Assembly: GCA_017395935.1 (NCBI GenBank)
Contig: JAFQNL010000035.1
Span: forward strand, 289 to 64,288
Source of the DNA: Oscillospiraceae bacterium
GTDB taxonomy: Bacteria > Bacillota > Clostridia > Oscillospirales > Oscillospiraceae
Length of the DNA: 64,000 nucleotides
Reading direction: 5' to 3'
Below are positions 62,821 to 64,000 of this stretch, piece after piece. Made by a program: the position numbers and the translations under genes. The notes beneath the pieces are model-generated. The model was not told the origin of the DNA. It searched no databases and saw only the letters and a program-made list of their open reading frames with translations. Every line of letters starts with the position of its first letter. Position 1 is the first letter of the stretch.

Positions 62821-63444
62821 TTATGCTAAATCGGTCAGCAGTTTTTCCATCAGCTCATAGCTGTCGTCCAGATAGTCGCTGTCCGTTCCGTTGTCCTCCC
62901 GGCAGGCGATGTAAAGAGGCGACTGCTTATCGTCCAGAAGGCGGGCCATATTCTCCCAGTCCTCTGCCCCCTCCTCCGGCTGACTGCCATCCAGATAGCG
63001 CAGAGCGCCGGTAACACGCTGGAAGGTCTCCGGATCCTCCAGCAGAAAGAGTCCGCTCCTGCAGCCTACCAGATCGGCGTCCAGCGTAGCTACAGCCAGA
63101 TACCCCTCGGTGCTCTCCGAGCCCAGCTGAGCATAGTAGGGAGTGATATCCACCTGAATCTGTCCATCACCGTTCCGGTCCTCTCCGTAAGCGGCCAGCC
63201 GACTCTCCAGTCGAAGCAGTTCGTCTTCCTCTCGGTAAACGGTGGTGACCATACCCACATGGTAGTCAGCCTCCACACGTCCGGCGTCGCTGAGGAAGAG
63301 ATACAGCAGCACGCCGCCCACCAGCACAGCCAACAGCACAAAGATCTTGTTGTACCACCACCAGTTCTTCAGCCGCTCGGCCAGCGGCTTCTGGCGCATT
63401 CTGGCATTGATCCGATCCTGCTCAGTCTCGTATCCCTTGGGCAT
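62821..63444 (-). CDS. Membrane-anchored protein of unknown function
   Basis: 207 aa. N-terminal cytoplasmic segment, TM (IFVLLAVLVGGVLLYLFL), acidic ectodomain. No motif I recognise. Confidence 0.6.
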   Translation of the reverse strand: MPKGYETEQDRINARMRQKPLAERLKNWWWYNKIFVLLAVLVGGVLLYLFLSDAGRVEADYHVGMVTTVYREEDELLRLESRLAAYGEDRNGDGQIQVDITPYYAQLGSESTEGYLAVATLDADLVGCRSGLFLLEDPETFQRVTGALRYLDGSQPEEGAEDWENMARLLDDKQSPLYIACREDNGTDSDYLDDSYELMEKLLTDLA

Positions 63445-63462
63445 AAGCCTTCCTCCACACAG

Positions 63463-64000
63463 TCAGATCCGAACAGGCAGATCGGGATGATAGCTGGGAA
63501 TGACCTGAAGCTTGAACAGGTTAAGCCGATGGAGCCGATCGATCTTCTCCTTCTTCTCTCCGGCCGGGGCAACGCCCTCCCGGATATACCGGTCCAGCTC
63601 GGCATAGGTGAAGCCCAGCTTATCCTCGTCGCTCTTTCCGCTCAGTCCGTCAGAGGGTACCTTCTCGATCAGATTTTCCGGCAATCCCAGTTCCCGGCCA
63701 ATGGCCTTGACCTCCTGGACGGTGATCTGAGCGAGCGGACTGAAATCGCCGGCGGAGTCGCCGTAGCGGGTGGAATAGCCCACCCAGTCCTCGGACAGGT
63801 TGCAGGTATTGGCTACCCGGCCGTTCTGGCTCTGAGAGACAGCATAGAGCGTGGACATCCGGATCCGGGGAGGCAGATTGATCACTGTCTGCTCATTAGG
63901 CTCCAGACCGCAGTCCTTCAGGCTTTTGAGAACGCCGGCAACAGCATCATGGATATTGCACACATAATGGCGGATCCCCAGATGGTCCACCAGCTGATGG
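63463..64000 (-). CDS. nadE: NH3-dependent NAD+ synthetase; N-terminal part runs off the window end
   Basis: SEDWVGYSTRYGDSAGDFSPLAQITVQEVKAIGRELGLPENLIEKVPSDGL matches the NadE C-terminal half. The ORF continues past 64000. Confidence 0.88.
   Translation of the reverse strand, partial: HQLVDHLGIRHYVCNIHDAVAGVLKSLKDCGLEPNEQTVINLPPRIRMSTLYAVSQSQNGRVANTCNLSEDWVGYSTRYGDSAGDFSPLAQITVQEVKAIGRELGLPENLIEKVPSDGLSGKSDEDKLGFTYAELDRYIREGVAPAGEKKEKIDRLHRLNLFKLQVIPSYHPDLPVRI

Overview
This is a GC-rich chromosome segment of the spore-forming Clostridia type. That placement is inferred from gene content (spoIVB, spoIIAA-AB-sigF, yqfCD, ylbJ) and composition; Oscillospiraceae/Ruminococcaceae-like is only a guess. 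From 1 to 26 kb there is one long minus-strand block of core genes: partial spoIVB, lrp, a GH25 muramidase, a compact dcw cluster (rsmH-ftsL-pbp-mraY-ftsW-murG-murA-ftsQ-ftsZ), a coiled-coil gene, coaD, rsmD, uvrC, an HPr-like gene, mutS2, recO, traX, era, ybeY, phoH, yqfD and yqfC. From 26 to 38 kb lie nrdDG with NrdR-type boxes, a DUF1624 gene, ylbJ, two small genes, a FadR-type GntR regulator, copA-csoR with a CsoR-type operator, a HAD phosphatase and the sigma-F operon. From 38 to 46.6 kb lie a TipA-like MerR regulator, an ECF sigma/anti-sigma cassette, valS with a T-box leader, birA, an AGCS symporter and a LysR regulator. From 46.6 to 60.6 kb is the only clearly accessory region, a carbohydrate island. 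It holds a fructoselysine (frl)-like set with two kinase+GntR pairs, an FrlB-like deglycase, a divergent amidohydrolase and FrlC-like epimerase, then GH3, DUF624 and a CUT1-type ABC importer. The window ends with nifS-like, a polysaccharide deacetylase, an unknown membrane protein and partial nadE. I saw no rRNA or tRNA genes, CRISPR array, transposase, integrase or recognisable defence system. The best candidates for something new are four. (1) The expanded Amadori-type locus with an extra, possibly atypical amidohydrolase. (2) The ECF sigma cassette bracketed by two copies of a 37-nt hairpin repeat. (3) An HPr paralogue with Tyr in place of the phospho-accepting His15. (4) A copA with an in-frame C-terminal CopZ-like domain that keeps its own SD+ATG. 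Motif coordinates were counted by hand and may be off by 1-2 nt. Many very long antisense ORFs in the track are composition artefacts.
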